Source: a phage. Taken from it: a stretch of DNA of 64,000 nt. Below the pieces are notes generated by a model. That model ran no database searches, was not told the DNA's origin, and saw nothing but the letters and a program-made list of their open reading frames with translations. Each line of letters starts with the position of its first letter. The first letter of the stretch is position 1. Position numbers and translations under genes: made by a program. Below, in pieces: positions 24,390 to 33,872 of the stretch. The stretch lies in NCBI GenBank assembly GCA_036253495.1, contig GCA_036253495.1_4125.1. The stretch is one strand, 5' to 3'.

Positions 24390-24927
24390 TGAGATAATTT
24401 CTTTTGCAAATAAGTTAAGTACACTAACCAAATTGACGGAAGTAGTACTGCAAGATGAGCGTATACTTTCTAGGAGTGAGCTAATTGTTTCACAACACGA
24501 TTACATGACGTATATGTCTTTCAGATCGTCAGGCCGAACAATTATTAAGTTCGGTTCTGTTCCTGAAACAAATGGAAAATTATCTATGTGCACCCATAAC
24601 AATGGGGAATTGTATGGATTAGTGTACAGAAAAGATTCGACAGTACTGAATACTTTTAATGCAGGTGCGAGTGCAGTTGATGTTACATCATTAAGCGATG
24701 TTGACAAACACATAGATTTACCACACCTTGAAATTAATGAAGAAAGTGTTTTTCAGTTAAGTACAGTGTACAATGATATTGAAGTGTTTGGTATTTCTTT
24801 GTGGAATATCCTTCGTTTAAGGGATGATGCTCCTGTATTTGTATATGCAAATTATGAAGACATTGATACTTGTATTGATGAAATGGAGAAATACATTGAT
24901 CAATTTAAACAAAACTTCCACATTTGA
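24379..24927 (+). CDS. family B paralog B18, long form, 182 aa
   Basis: motif EESVFQLSTVYN. Confidence 0.75.
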   Translation: MTYDEIISFANKLSTLTKLTEVVLQDERILSRSELIVSQHDYMTYMSFRSSGRTIIKFGSVPETNGKLSMCTHNNGELYGLVYRKDSTVLNTFNAGASAVDVTSLSDVDKHIDLPHLEINEESVFQLSTVYNDIEVFGISLWNILRLRDDAPVFVYANYEDIDTCIDEMEKYIDQFKQNFHI

Positions 24928-25474
24928 TATTCACGAGAAAGCTAAGCTACTCATCAGTACTGCTGAATATTATTACGATACAGTACTGAGTCAATCACCT
25001 TCTACATTTCGTGATTTAGTTAAATCATTTAATAAAACACAAAAAGAATGTGAGCTTTCATATAATGGTGTGAACTTTATGTATATTAAACCATATATGT
25101 CAAAGCGTGATTTGATTAAATGCAATGATGATTTCAAGATTGATCGTGATTTAAATCGTTTCTTCTACGATGTAAGAAGCAATCTGTATCAACTTACATT
25201 AAATTCCAGTACTTCTTTCATTATTGGATTGGGTAAGAATTTAGGCACAGGTACTTCATTTTATAATAAAGGTGCAGTACAAGATGTGGATCTCAATCCA
25301 AGTACTGATGTTGCATTCCAACAGGATTTGATTATGAATGTGGATTCAGCATCAGTATACAGTTCTAATGTTCTGTGTAAGGAATTTCAGAATTCCAAAA
25401 TTCTTGAGTTATTGTACATTGCGGATTGCAATATACTGTACAAATTTTGTACTCATCTGAAGGAGATTTTATGA
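24878..25474 (+). CDS. family B paralog B19 (start uncertain)
   Basis: motif TDVAFQQDLIMN; last in-frame ATG before B18 stop is 24878 (50-nt overlap); track start 24824. Confidence 0.55.
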   Translation: MKWRNTLINLNKTSTFDIHEKAKLLISTAEYYYDTVLSQSPSTFRDLVKSFNKTQKECELSYNGVNFMYIKPYMSKRDLIKCNDDFKIDRDLNRFFYDVRSNLYQLTLNSSTSFIIGLGKNLGTGTSFYNKGAVQDVDLNPSTDVAFQQDLIMNVDSASVYSSNVLCKEFQNSKILELLYIADCNILYKFCTHLKEIL

Positions 25475-25839
25475 AAAAAGAAATTAGAATCCAATTCGGT
25501 ATGAGGAAAAAAGAGGTCATTTGTACACTGAATCATGAGGTCGTGGAAAGGTTTGATGCATTACAAAAATTCTCCCATTTTGTTCTTGTACTATATGAAA
25601 ATGGGTCTTTTAAAATCTTCACATATGATGATTCAAAAAATTATCGTAATGATTTTGTAAATCTTACAGTACTGTCAGAAGAGGAATTCTTTCAGGAAAG
25701 TACAGTTTGGGATTTACCAGGAGCACCAATTGAATACGTCCGTGCTACACAGGTAGAGATGATCAAAGCAATGCAGAACTATCCAGAAGATCATATGACT
25801 AAGTTTCCTGAATCTATTCATGTAGAGGTTGAGTACTGA
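25471..25839 (+). CDS. family B paralog B20, short form, 122 aa
   Basis: motif EEEFFQESTVWD; SD AAGGAG; ATGA overlap (track 25426). Confidence 0.75.
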   Translation: MKKEIRIQFGMRKKEVICTLNHEVVERFDALQKFSHFVLVLYENGSFKIFTYDDSKNYRNDFVNLTVLSEEEFFQESTVWDLPGAPIEYVRATQVEMIKAMQNYPEDHMTKFPESIHVEVEY

Positions 25840-26177
25840 TGGATTTAGTAAAAGTTACTATAGCCAAACATCAGTACTATGTAATGATTGAGTTAGGTTA
25901 TAACCACAAGAAAGAACATTTTTATTATCTTACATATGAAAAGAATATGTTCAAGATAATCACTAATAATTTAGCACGAGATGTATATCATATTTTTGAT
26001 TACAGTGATTATAGTGAAGAAGAGTTATTTCAGGAATCATTAGTATGGGAGTACAATAGAATTGTAGATATTGAAAAGTTAATTAAGTATCAACAACTAA
26101 TGAAAGATATAATGAATAACTATCCATGTAAACTACAAAGAGAACTGGAATTTATTGTCCAATACAAAGAGGTTTAA
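25839..26177 (+). CDS. family B paralog B21, short form, 112 aa
   Basis: motif EEELFQESLVWE. Confidence 0.75.
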   Translation: MDLVKVTIAKHQYYVMIELGYNHKKEHFYYLTYEKNMFKIITNNLARDVYHIFDYSDYSEEELFQESLVWEYNRIVDIEKLIKYQQLMKDIMNNYPCKLQRELEFIVQYKEV

Positions 26178-26179
26178 TT

Positions 26180-26716
26180 ATGTTAGATTATGACAGAATA
26201 GAGAAAGATGATTGGGACGGTACTCACCATTTAAAGGTTGACACTTTTGAACACGCTCGCAGTACTGCTCAAGATCTTATGCAAATCCATGAGTTCATTT
26301 GTAATAACAGAGAGACTTCTATTTGGACAAAATCTGACAGATTTATTGATTCAAGTTATGATTACTTCAGTATTCGTTCAAATCATCTAGATGATGACGG
26401 GTACAGTGTTGATATGTTCAATATCAACAAATTTAATGACCCTGAATATGATCCAAAATACAGCGGTGGATTTTTAAGTTATTCCCCTAACTATGACAGA
26501 ATAAAGTTCTTTTACGTAGATACTGACATTGTTCTTCCATTTATCGAAGAAGAACTTACAGAAGAACTGTTCTTTCAGATGAGTACTGTTGACGACCCGT
26601 ACATAGTTGGTGTACAATTCATGTTCTCTTGGCTTAAACAGAATAACTTCCCTCCTTTTTATGTTGACCTTACTTTTTACGATCTAATTTGGAATTTTGT
26701 TCGTAATCCATCTTGA
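26180..26716 (+). CDS. family B paralog B22, long form, 178 aa
   Basis: motif EELFFQMSTVDD; N-term ARSTAQDLMQIHEF; C-term FYVDLTFYDL. Confidence 0.8.
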   Translation: MLDYDRIEKDDWDGTHHLKVDTFEHARSTAQDLMQIHEFICNNRETSIWTKSDRFIDSSYDYFSIRSNHLDDDGYSVDMFNINKFNDPEYDPKYSGGFLSYSPNYDRIKFFYVDTDIVLPFIEEELTEELFFQMSTVDDPYIVGVQFMFSWLKQNNFPPFYVDLTFYDLIWNFVRNPS

Positions 26717-26741
26717 CACCTCCTTCTGTGCATGATATAAT
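26713..26741 (+). promoter_or_regulatory. consensus promoter with extended -10
   Basis: TTGACA 26713-26718 (overlaps B22 stop), N17, TGaTATAAT ending 26741. Confidence 0.7.
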
Positions 26742-26772
26742 CTTTTTCATCTAATACGAAAAGGATCATATC

Positions 26773-27279
26773 ATGCAATTCAATCCTGAACTCTCATACA
26801 GTAATGCTATAACTTTTGCAGACAATTTAATTCGCATTCATAACTTTTTAAGAGATGTTGAAACTAATTTTGACGTTACATATGTGGACCCCAAAAGTGG
26901 TGAAATGTTTACCGATACAGTACAGGTATCCAGTATCCTGTCATTTCGTATGCATATGTTATACAGCAAAGTTGAAGCACATAATAATGTCAGAATTCTT
27001 GGTTCGTCATTCTTTGGATTCAATGCGAAAGCGAAAGGTACTCTTCGTTTTTATAAAGAATTTTTGGAGTACGAAGATATAGAATATATAGATCTCATTG
27101 ATATCAATGATGAGTGTGAATACTTTCAGTACTGCACAATCTATTCAGAAGATGTGGTTTTTGCATTAACTGCAATATCTGAATTGCATAAAAAATTACC
27201 ACCAGATGCCCAATTTTACTTTGACCTTAGTGATTATGATATCATGTTGGATCATATTAATCGTGTAGGAGAATTGTAA
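26773..27279 (+). CDS. family B paralog B23, long form, 168 aa
   Basis: motif ECEYFQYCTIYS; C-term FYFDLSDYDI. Confidence 0.8.
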   Translation: MQFNPELSYSNAITFADNLIRIHNFLRDVETNFDVTYVDPKSGEMFTDTVQVSSILSFRMHMLYSKVEAHNNVRILGSSFFGFNAKAKGTLRFYKEFLEYEDIEYIDLIDINDECEYFQYCTIYSEDVVFALTAISELHKKLPPDAQFYFDLSDYDIMLDHINRVGEL

Positions 27280-27782
27280 TGCCTGATATTAGTAAACTTA
27301 ATTACGATGAGATTGAACAGTACGCAAAAGATATCTACGAAATCTATGATGAATTCAAGAACAATACTACAGCATTTGGTTCAATGTATTCTCGAAAAAA
27401 GAGTCTTAACAGGGATAGGAAAAGTTGTTTAACATATACACAGAAATCGGGCGAAATGATGGAAATCTTCTGTGAATCATTTGATGATAGTGAATATAGT
27501 GTAGGCATGAATTACCTATCTTACTCAAAAAAAGGTGAAGTTGTAGTAGATTTACGTCTTGAAAATGGTCGTAATAGAAAGAGTAGTATCAATGAAGAAG
27601 ATGTAAAACTAATTTCTGAAGAAGATTACTTTCAGTTAAGTACTACTATGAATATGTTGGTATTGAGTGTCATAACACTCTACGGTTTCCTTCGATATAA
27701 GCATGAAATTGAAACTGACTTCTATTTTGATTTGAATGATTTTGAAGTATGCAAGGGATATCTAAATGGGAAAAGTAGTTGA
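27279..27782 (+). CDS. family B paralog B24, long form, 167 aa
   Basis: motif EEDYFQLSTTMN; C-term FYFDLNDFEV. Confidence 0.8.
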   Translation: MPDISKLNYDEIEQYAKDIYEIYDEFKNNTTAFGSMYSRKKSLNRDRKSCLTYTQKSGEMMEIFCESFDDSEYSVGMNYLSYSKKGEVVVDLRLENGRNRKSSINEEDVKLISEEDYFQLSTTMNMLVLSVITLYGFLRYKHEIETDFYFDLNDFEVCKGYLNGKSS

Positions 27783-28104
27783 TATTGAGTACATGCACGA
27801 TGGTGATGAAATTTTCATTGTCCAAAAAGAATGCAAGGCTGGACATTGGGTTATCTTCTCTGTAGAAGAGGATGAATCCATTGTATCTTTTATTTCTACT
27901 AAACACAAAGATACGAATTTAGAACTTCTTTACAATTTAAGTGAAGAAGAACTATTTCAAATGAGCACTGCATTTGAATATGATGTATACGAATTATTAG
28001 ATGTACAGAATATTTTGTTGGAGTCTCTTCAGAAACTAAAACACAAAGATTTATTTCTGGTTAAATCATTTATGATGCACAAATATACACTTGAGGTGGA
28101 TTAA
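27766..28104 (+). CDS. family B paralog B25, short form, 112 aa
   Basis: motif EEELFQMSTAFE. Confidence 0.75.
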   Translation: MGKVVDIEYMHDGDEIFIVQKECKAGHWVIFSVEEDESIVSFISTKHKDTNLELLYNLSEEELFQMSTAFEYDVYELLDVQNILLESLQKLKHKDLFLVKSFMMHKYTLEVD

Positions 28105-28535
28105 TGTATTTTGAAATTATAAAAGTTAAATCAAAGGCGTTACTTAATACAAGATTTCAAACGTATGGTTGCACTCATAGTGTAATGCTGGATGATAATA
28201 ACGAATTGTATTATTCTAAAGTAACACAACCAGTACCGGAGAATAAATTCTATATCTATTCTCACAAAGATAACTCACAATATGACATTGAGAATCTCGC
28301 TGTAATGCCACCTGACGAGCTATTTCAGTACAGCTTAGTATGTCCTTACCGTGGTGATATTGACCTTCTCAAGAAGATTCAGGAGGGTTTAATGGACTTT
28401 GTGCCTAAGTCTAGCCCTGAATATTTTTCAACTAATGTAGAGTTTTTAAAGATCGAAAGAGAAATTCCTGATTATATGCTTAGTGATGATGAGTTCTACG
28501 ATAAGCATTTCCCAGGAAAAAAATGGAGAGATTAA
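28104..28535 (+). CDS. family B paralog B26, 143 aa
   Basis: motif PDELFQYSLVCP. Confidence 0.75.
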   Translation: MYFEIIKVKSKALLNTRFQTYGCTHSVMLDDNNELYYSKVTQPVPENKFYIYSHKDNSQYDIENLAVMPPDELFQYSLVCPYRGDIDLLKKIQEGLMDFVPKSSPEYFSTNVEFLKIEREIPDYMLSDDEFYDKHFPGKKWRD

Positions 28536-29005
28536 TGACATTCCAGGAAGATATTGATTTTGCAAAAAAGATTTACAAAATTCATCTTATAATGGAAAGT
28601 ACTGAGTTCCAAAAGCGTTCATATGTCGATAAGATTAAAAGCTGTGATAAAAGTTCATTTGTCATAAAACTACCAACATTCAAATCCAAAAGAGAGGCCA
28701 TCTACGCTACGATTTATGATGATTCAGAATACAATCTAATGGATTTGTACATGACCTTTACCCCAGGGAATACACTTGTATGTTACTTCCAATGGGAGGA
28801 AGAGACAATTGTACTTGATAATATAAGTTCTTATAAGCCCACTGAAGAGACGCACTTTCAGTTATCTTTGATCTATACAGAAGAAACGGTTCGTGCTATA
28901 ATGTTGTATTCATATCTCAATAGTGTAAATGCCAGTGCTTTCTATCTGGATTTAGTACATCTTGAACTTATTGAGGAATTACTTGCAGAGGAACTTTCTC
29001 TATGA
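28535..29005 (+). CDS. family B paralog B27, long form, 156 aa
   Basis: motif EETHFQLSLIYT; SD GGAGAG, TAATG overlap (track 28523); C-term FYLDLVHLEL. Confidence 0.75.
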   Translation: MTFQEDIDFAKKIYKIHLIMESTEFQKRSYVDKIKSCDKSSFVIKLPTFKSKREAIYATIYDDSEYNLMDLYMTFTPGNTLVCYFQWEEETIVLDNISSYKPTEETHFQLSLIYTEETVRAIMLYSYLNSVNASAFYLDLVHLELIEELLAEELSL

Positions 29006-29472
29006 TAGAATCCGACGAGTTAGTACTGGATGGTCACGTTATCCGATACGATTCATTTGCGGCGTGTATTGATTTTGCAAAGATTTTGATGAAGATTTAT
29101 CATGCTGGTAATAATGGTAAATTTGACAAAGTGTTTGAAAAATCATTTACTCATAATGCATGGTATTACGCTGGTACTGAAGTTTTAAACATAGGGGAAT
29201 CAGTGTGTGATAATGAATCATTCATGAGCTTTGATTACTATTATATTCAGTACCATTCATACCTTGATAAAATTTGTGTTCATGACAGTGATTTTAAAGT
29301 ATTACCTTCATATATTGAAATATGTAATGAAGAGATGTACTTTCAAAACTCATTATTATATACAAGTAATATACTTTTACTATCTGTGATTGTAACATAC
29401 TTAAGAAGCGAAGGACTTAATTCCTTTTATATTGATTTGGATTTCTTTAATACATTTTTGGAACATTTATAA
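29002..29472 (+). CDS. family B paralog B28, long form, 156 aa
   Basis: motif EEMYFQNSLLYT; C-term FYIDLDFFNT. Confidence 0.8.
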   Translation: MIESDELVLDGHVIRYDSFAACIDFAKILMKIYHAGNNGKFDKVFEKSFTHNAWYYAGTEVLNIGESVCDNESFMSFDYYYIQYHSYLDKICVHDSDFKVLPSYIEICNEEMYFQNSLLYTSNILLLSVIVTYLRSEGLNSFYIDLDFFNTFLEHL

Positions 29473-29481
29473 AGGTGCTAT

Positions 29482-29988
29482 ATGTCGAGGAAACTATCAG
29501 AACTAATAAAGTTCGCAAAGGATTGTCTTGATACAATAACTTATTTGTACGTTAATGAAGTTAATTTGCATAGATATTTCGCTATCCATCACAGTACTGA
29601 ATCGTCTTTCAATATTCGTCACGGTGCTCATAGTATATATTTTCATACTAAAGCTGAAGATCGTCTGGCTCATTCTATGTTTGAGAAAGGTAAAACGGAC
29701 TATATTCTATTTCGTTCAGATGGTTCTGATATAAAATATATTTCACACCAAAGAGGAAAAGCCCAATTTATTAATCATATACTTCCGTACATTACGGATT
29801 TAACGGATGAAAATTATTTCCAAAATTCATTAATTTACAATGACTCTGAACTTAAAGCTATGTTTATTCTATCGTACTTTAAAAAATATAGTGAGTTTCA
29901 GAGAATTAGTTTTGAATTTGCTTCAATGAAGCACTTTATTAAACAGGTAAGGATTTTAAAAAATGCTGACAAACGAAACAATAGATAA
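29482..29988 (+). CDS. family B paralog B29, long form, 168 aa
   Basis: motif DENYFQNSLIYN. Confidence 0.8.
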   Translation: MSRKLSELIKFAKDCLDTITYLYVNEVNLHRYFAIHHSTESSFNIRHGAHSIYFHTKAEDRLAHSMFEKGKTDYILFRSDGSDIKYISHQRGKAQFINHILPYITDLTDENYFQNSLIYNDSELKAMFILSYFKKYSEFQRISFEFASMKHFIKQVRILKNADKRNNR

Positions 29989-30574
29989 AATTAGTCAGAT
30001 AAGTTTAGAACTAATTCGTATTCATGAATTTGCATGGCGTCTAACAAATCGTGTTATTTCATTTCATACCAGTACTGACCAAAATTCTACATACAAATTT
30101 GACCGTGGTGACAAATGGTTTGATTTAATGGATGAAAATGATAAATGTATCATCTGCGTAAGAACTGAATTGACCGACCGCAACAGTGCAAGAGATTTAG
30201 ATATATATATGCCCAGTTCTTATATTTGTATCTCAAGAAGCGATGGTATTTTTATTAGTTCATCTGGACTTAATTATCTTAATAAAGTCTACATTGATAT
30301 GGATGAAGAAGAATACTATGTCACAACACATGAACCTGAATTTCTGGATATTCCAGATGATGATGTACTCGACGAAACATTGTTTCAGTACTCATTAATT
30401 CACAACGCCTGTGTTATTGATGCTATTAAATTTTGTAAAAATCTATCCCCTAAATTACCATTAACAAAGTATATCAAATTAGAACCTGAAATATTCAAAG
30501 AACAGGACTGGGATGGGTTATTACTTAAATTAAAAAGTATTACTGAAGAAAACATATGTACAATTGAGGATTAA
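29963..30574 (+). CDS. family B paralog B30, long form, 203 aa
   Basis: motif DETLFQYSLIHN. Confidence 0.75.
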   Translation: MLTNETIDKISQISLELIRIHEFAWRLTNRVISFHTSTDQNSTYKFDRGDKWFDLMDENDKCIICVRTELTDRNSARDLDIYMPSSYICISRSDGIFISSSGLNYLNKVYIDMDEEEYYVTTHEPEFLDIPDDDVLDETLFQYSLIHNACVIDAIKFCKNLSPKLPLTKYIKLEPEIFKEQDWDGLLLKLKSITEENICTIED

Positions 30575-30578
30575 TTGA

Positions 30579-31211
30579 ATGAGTACAAAAAGAAAACCAA
30601 TTTCAAAGTACGTTTTTCATCGCCTAGAATATAAGCACTGCATTGCGTATGCACGAGCCTTAACGGACATATTACCACGTCTGAAAGATGATAAGTTCCT
30701 TGAATGTTATGACATGCGTTTTCATAACAATGTTCTTGAGTACATAGAATCAGATGATAGTGAGTTGAATGAAGTATGGCTTGATTTCAGTCCTAGTGGT
30801 TTAGATAAAAATAGAGTTGGGAACTTGGGTCTATTTTATACGCACTGCTTGAACTTCGATTTGTCAGATAAAACATTAGTACTGGATAGTAATGAGGTAC
30901 TTAGATTGAACCTCAATGTTATGGATTATTCAGAAGAATCATTCTTTCAAAATAGTTTAATATATGAACCGAATGATTTATTATATACTATTGTTTTCCC
31001 ATATCTACATGAGCACCTTAAAGGTACTACAGTTCAAAGAGCAGACATTACCTTTAGTTTAGTAAATTTATTCAAGTACAGTGACGTATTCAAAGAAATA
31101 TGTATTGAAGGCGGTTACTTCGATGACCTTGCTGATTTGAATAACATGGCGTTTGAAAATGATAATTATTTTAACGATACCTATATAGGCGGTTCAAGGA
31201 TAATGAAATGA
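30579..31211 (+). CDS. family B paralog B31, long form, 210 aa
   Basis: motif EESFFQNSLIYE. Confidence 0.75.
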   Translation: MSTKRKPISKYVFHRLEYKHCIAYARALTDILPRLKDDKFLECYDMRFHNNVLEYIESDDSELNEVWLDFSPSGLDKNRVGNLGLFYTHCLNFDLSDKTLVLDSNEVLRLNLNVMDYSEESFFQNSLIYEPNDLLYTIVFPYLHEHLKGTTVQRADITFSLVNLFKYSDVFKEICIEGGYFDDLADLNNMAFENDNYFNDTYIGGSRIMK

Positions 31212-31759
31212 GTTTACCATTAACAATAAACCCAGTACTAAAAGATCTATCTAAAGTTATTATGAACTTTTTTCCTATTGTACTACAAGATATAAAACCT
31301 ATATCAAATCTTGGTTCATGTTATATTCGACACAGTAATAATAAAAACGGTACTATAGGTACTTTGTACATTAGTGATAGTTCATTGTTTCTTTTGCACC
31401 CTGAGTTATCAGATGAAGAAATTGCAGATGGTTGTTCGGAGGCACAGAATCGTGTACTCACCCGTTATCCATATGTGTACATAAGCAGCATTAAACATAA
31501 AAATCTTGCTAATAACTTTTGCCAATGCAATCACGGTGATAACTTAATAGATTTAAATGTTGACGATGGGGTGCTTTTCCAGTACAGTACTCTATATGAT
31601 CAGTTAACAATGGATATCATTGAGTTGGATAAGTTAGTGCGTGATTACATCCCTGATGGTTTCTATCTTACAATGGATCTTAATGTACTGAATTCCGTAA
31701 TGGAACAAGGCACTCTACCAAACATTCTGAGAGACTTACGAGCATTTAAAAGACCCTGA
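31208..31759 (+). CDS. family B paralog B32, long form, 183 aa
   Basis: motif DGVLFQYSTLYD; stop codon sits in loop of terminator. Confidence 0.75.
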   Translation: MSLPLTINPVLKDLSKVIMNFFPIVLQDIKPISNLGSCYIRHSNNKNGTIGTLYISDSSLFLLHPELSDEEIADGCSEAQNRVLTRYPYVYISSIKHKNLANNFCQCNHGDNLIDLNVDDGVLFQYSTLYDQLTMDIIELDKLVRDYIPDGFYLTMDLNVLNSVMEQGTLPNILRDLRAFKRP

Positions 31760-31771
31760 TGGGTCTTTTTT
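31749..31771 (+). terminator. rho-independent terminator
   Basis: AAGACCC/GGGTCTT stem followed by T-run. Confidence 0.8.
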
Positions 31772-31781
31772 CGTTTATAGG

Positions 31782-31810
31782 TTGACATTAGTAATGTAGA
31801 GTGTTAGAAT
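31782..31810 (+). promoter_or_regulatory. promoter of the B33-MCP unit
   Basis: TTGACA 31782-31787, N17, TAGAAT 31805-31810. Confidence 0.65.
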
Positions 31811-31841
31811 ATTGTAACCTATTTAAAAGAGAGCGTATTTT

Positions 31842-32390
31842 ATGGATAGCATTGTAAATATTATTGAATGCATGATTTATATTTTTAAAAACAGTCCTGA
31901 TAATAAGACTGTTAATTTTGAGTTAGGTGAATTAAATATCAACCCAAAAGAATCTCCATCAGTATATTCTAATATTACATTGTTCATTAGTGGTTTAGGT
32001 TATGTCGTAAAGATCATTAATGCGACACAACGTAGACAAGAATACAAGATGGAAATTCTACGCGGAGATAGTGAAATTCGTCTATATAATGTATCACGCT
32101 ACACTAAGATACTGGTAAAACATTCTTATGAAGATGACGAGAAGTTAGCTGTAGCTAAAATTGATTCAAACACTTTCAAAGAACAAATGTTCATGGCTGC
32201 TATGTCATATGATCAATTAACTTATAATAAGCTAGAAATGGGTTATAAATTACTTAGGTTATTAGAAGATCATTATGAAATTACAATTATGGACAAATTG
32301 CTTACCAAAAGCCAAGAGGAACTAGAGAAAATGCATTTGTTATTAAAAAAATATATTGATGATAATTTAAATTATGGAGAAGTACGTTGA
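31842..32390 (+). CDS. family B-like divergent paralog B33, 182 aa
   Basis: degenerate motif [12 protein letters not shown] at the family position; co-transcribed with MCP. Confidence 0.6.
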   Translation: MDSIVNIIECMIYIFKNSPDNKTVNFELGELNINPKESPSVYSNITLFISGLGYVVKIINATQRRQEYKMEILRGDSEIRLYNVSRYTKILVKHSYEDDEKLAVAKIDSNTFKEQMFMAAMSYDQLTYNKLEMGYKLLRLLEDHYEITIMDKLLTKSQEELEKMHLLLKKYIDDNLNYGEVR

Positions 32391-33799
32391 AAAGTAATTT
32401 AGAAAATATACGCAAAAAAGCCGATAATTTAGTACTATGTTGTATAGGGGCTTTATTCGCTGTTACTTTAGTTTCCGGTGTTGTTCATGGTAGTTTTATT
32501 ATTGCACTAATCGGTGCAGTTTTATTATTAGTAATGCTAACTCCTTTACTATTTGTTGAAAGTAATGCGTTCACTCGAACGTTGTTAAGTATAAATGTGA
32601 TGTGCTGGAGTGCGTTACTAATACATCTTGGCTTAGGGATGGTGGAATGGCACTTTACAGTTTTTGTCTTTTTAAGTTTATTGATTGTATGGCGTGACTG
32701 GCGTTGTGTATTAGCAGGTTCAGTACTGATTGCTATACATCATTTATTATTTGGATTGTTACAGGGTGCTGGAATTCCAATATTATTCGTGTTTTCTTTT
32801 CACCATATTTCGTTATGGCACATTATAGAGCACGCAATATATGTAGTAGTACAGGCAATAGTTCTGATGTACGTAGCGTACATTATGGAGAAAGATGCAA
32901 ATGAAGCAGATGAAATTCAACGAATTGCAAGATCAGTGAATTCTGAAGACGGCAATATTACTTTAGAAATACAAAATAATCATTTCAACTCCGAATTTGC
33001 ACAGACTTTTAGTAAAACAATATCAGCTATGCGTGAGGCAATTGAACAAGTACAAATTACAGTTCAGTCAATGAAAAGCAACTCCTATCATCTCGAAAGT
33101 AAAAGTAATGATTTAGCTTTCAGAACTGAAACACAAGGACAGGCACTTACTCAAATCGCTGCTGCTATGGAAGAATTAAGTGCTACATCTGCAAATACAT
33201 CTGATAACTCCAATACTGCAAAAAGTATGGTTAAAACTACAAAAGAATCCAGTACTAATGCAATTGAAAGTATCAATAATTGCAAAGAGCAGATGGATAG
33301 AATTAAAGAAGATTCTAATGCTATAGTTGCTATACTCAAAAATATAGAAACTATTGCTTTCCAGACTAATATTCTTTCTTTAAATGCCAGTATTGAAGCT
33401 GCTAAAGCTGGTGAACATGGACGTGGATTCTCTGTTGTTGCACAGGAAGTTCGTAACTTAGCAATGAAATGTGATGCATGTAGTAAAGAAATTAAAGAAA
33501 TCGTTGATAACTCCGTAAAAAACAACAACCAAGGAATAGAACAAATCAACGAAACTGCAAGTGATATTGATTCTATTGTAAAAAATGTTGATTCACTCTT
33601 GCAGTTCATTGATGATTTAGCTATAATGGCTGAACAACAAAGCATTGCAATCCTTCAGGTTACTGAGAGTGTTAATATGATGGACCGTTCAGTACAGCAA
33701 AATGCGGAGCATGTAAAGGACACAATGATGATGGTAGACAATCAACAGTCTGAAGTACATGCTTTACAAAAAGCCACTTCGATTTTTAACGTGAAATAA
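32387..33799 (+). CDS. methyl-accepting chemotaxis protein (multi-TM His-rich N-domain + MCP signalling domain), 470 aa
   Basis: [37 protein letters not shown] matches the MCP hairpin-tip core (cf. Tsr [37 protein letters not shown]); TTG start in TTGA overlap, SD GGAGA. Confidence 0.93.
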   Translation: MKSNLENIRKKADNLVLCCIGALFAVTLVSGVVHGSFIIALIGAVLLLVMLTPLLFVESNAFTRTLLSINVMCWSALLIHLGLGMVEWHFTVFVFLSLLIVWRDWRCVLAGSVLIAIHHLLFGLLQGAGIPILFVFSFHHISLWHIIEHAIYVVVQAIVLMYVAYIMEKDANEADEIQRIARSVNSEDGNITLEIQNNHFNSEFAQTFSKTISAMREAIEQVQITVQSMKSNSYHLESKSNDLAFRTETQGQALTQIAAAMEELSATSANTSDNSNTAKSMVKTTKESSTNAIESINNCKEQMDRIKEDSNAIVAILKNIETIAFQTNILSLNASIEAAKAGEHGRGFSVVAQEVRNLAMKCDACSKEIKEIVDNSVKNNNQGIEQINETASDIDSIVKNVDSLLQFIDDLAIMAEQQSIAILQVTESVNMMDRSVQQNAEHVKDTMMMVDNQQSEVHALQKATSIFNVK

Positions 33800-33805
33800 T
33801 TTTAA

Positions 33806-33844
33806 AGCCAGGGTATTGACTCTGGCTTTTTTCTTTGCTATTAT
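33806..33844 (+). terminator. terminator with embedded promoter (4th copy of this design)
   Basis: AGCCAG/CTGGCT stem + T6; TTGACT 33816-33821 in the loop, N17, TATTAT 33839-33844. Confidence 0.65.
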
Positions 33845-33872
33845 TTTAATATTATTTAACCGAGGATATCAT

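Noticed and set aside
33151-33645. 164-aa minus-strand ORF, the largest antisense ORF in the track
   Set aside because: It lies antisense to the unmistakable MCP signalling domain. It has a low-complexity Ser/Leu/Ile-rich translation, no SD and no promoter. Every supported gene in the window is on the + strand.
31842-33799. MCP gene as host DNA, a prophage junction or an assembly chimera
   Set aside because: Its base composition matches the flanks and it contains the phage-typical AGTACT word three times. Its TTG start overlaps the stop of a family B-like phage gene, and it is bracketed by the phage's own promoter and terminator designs.
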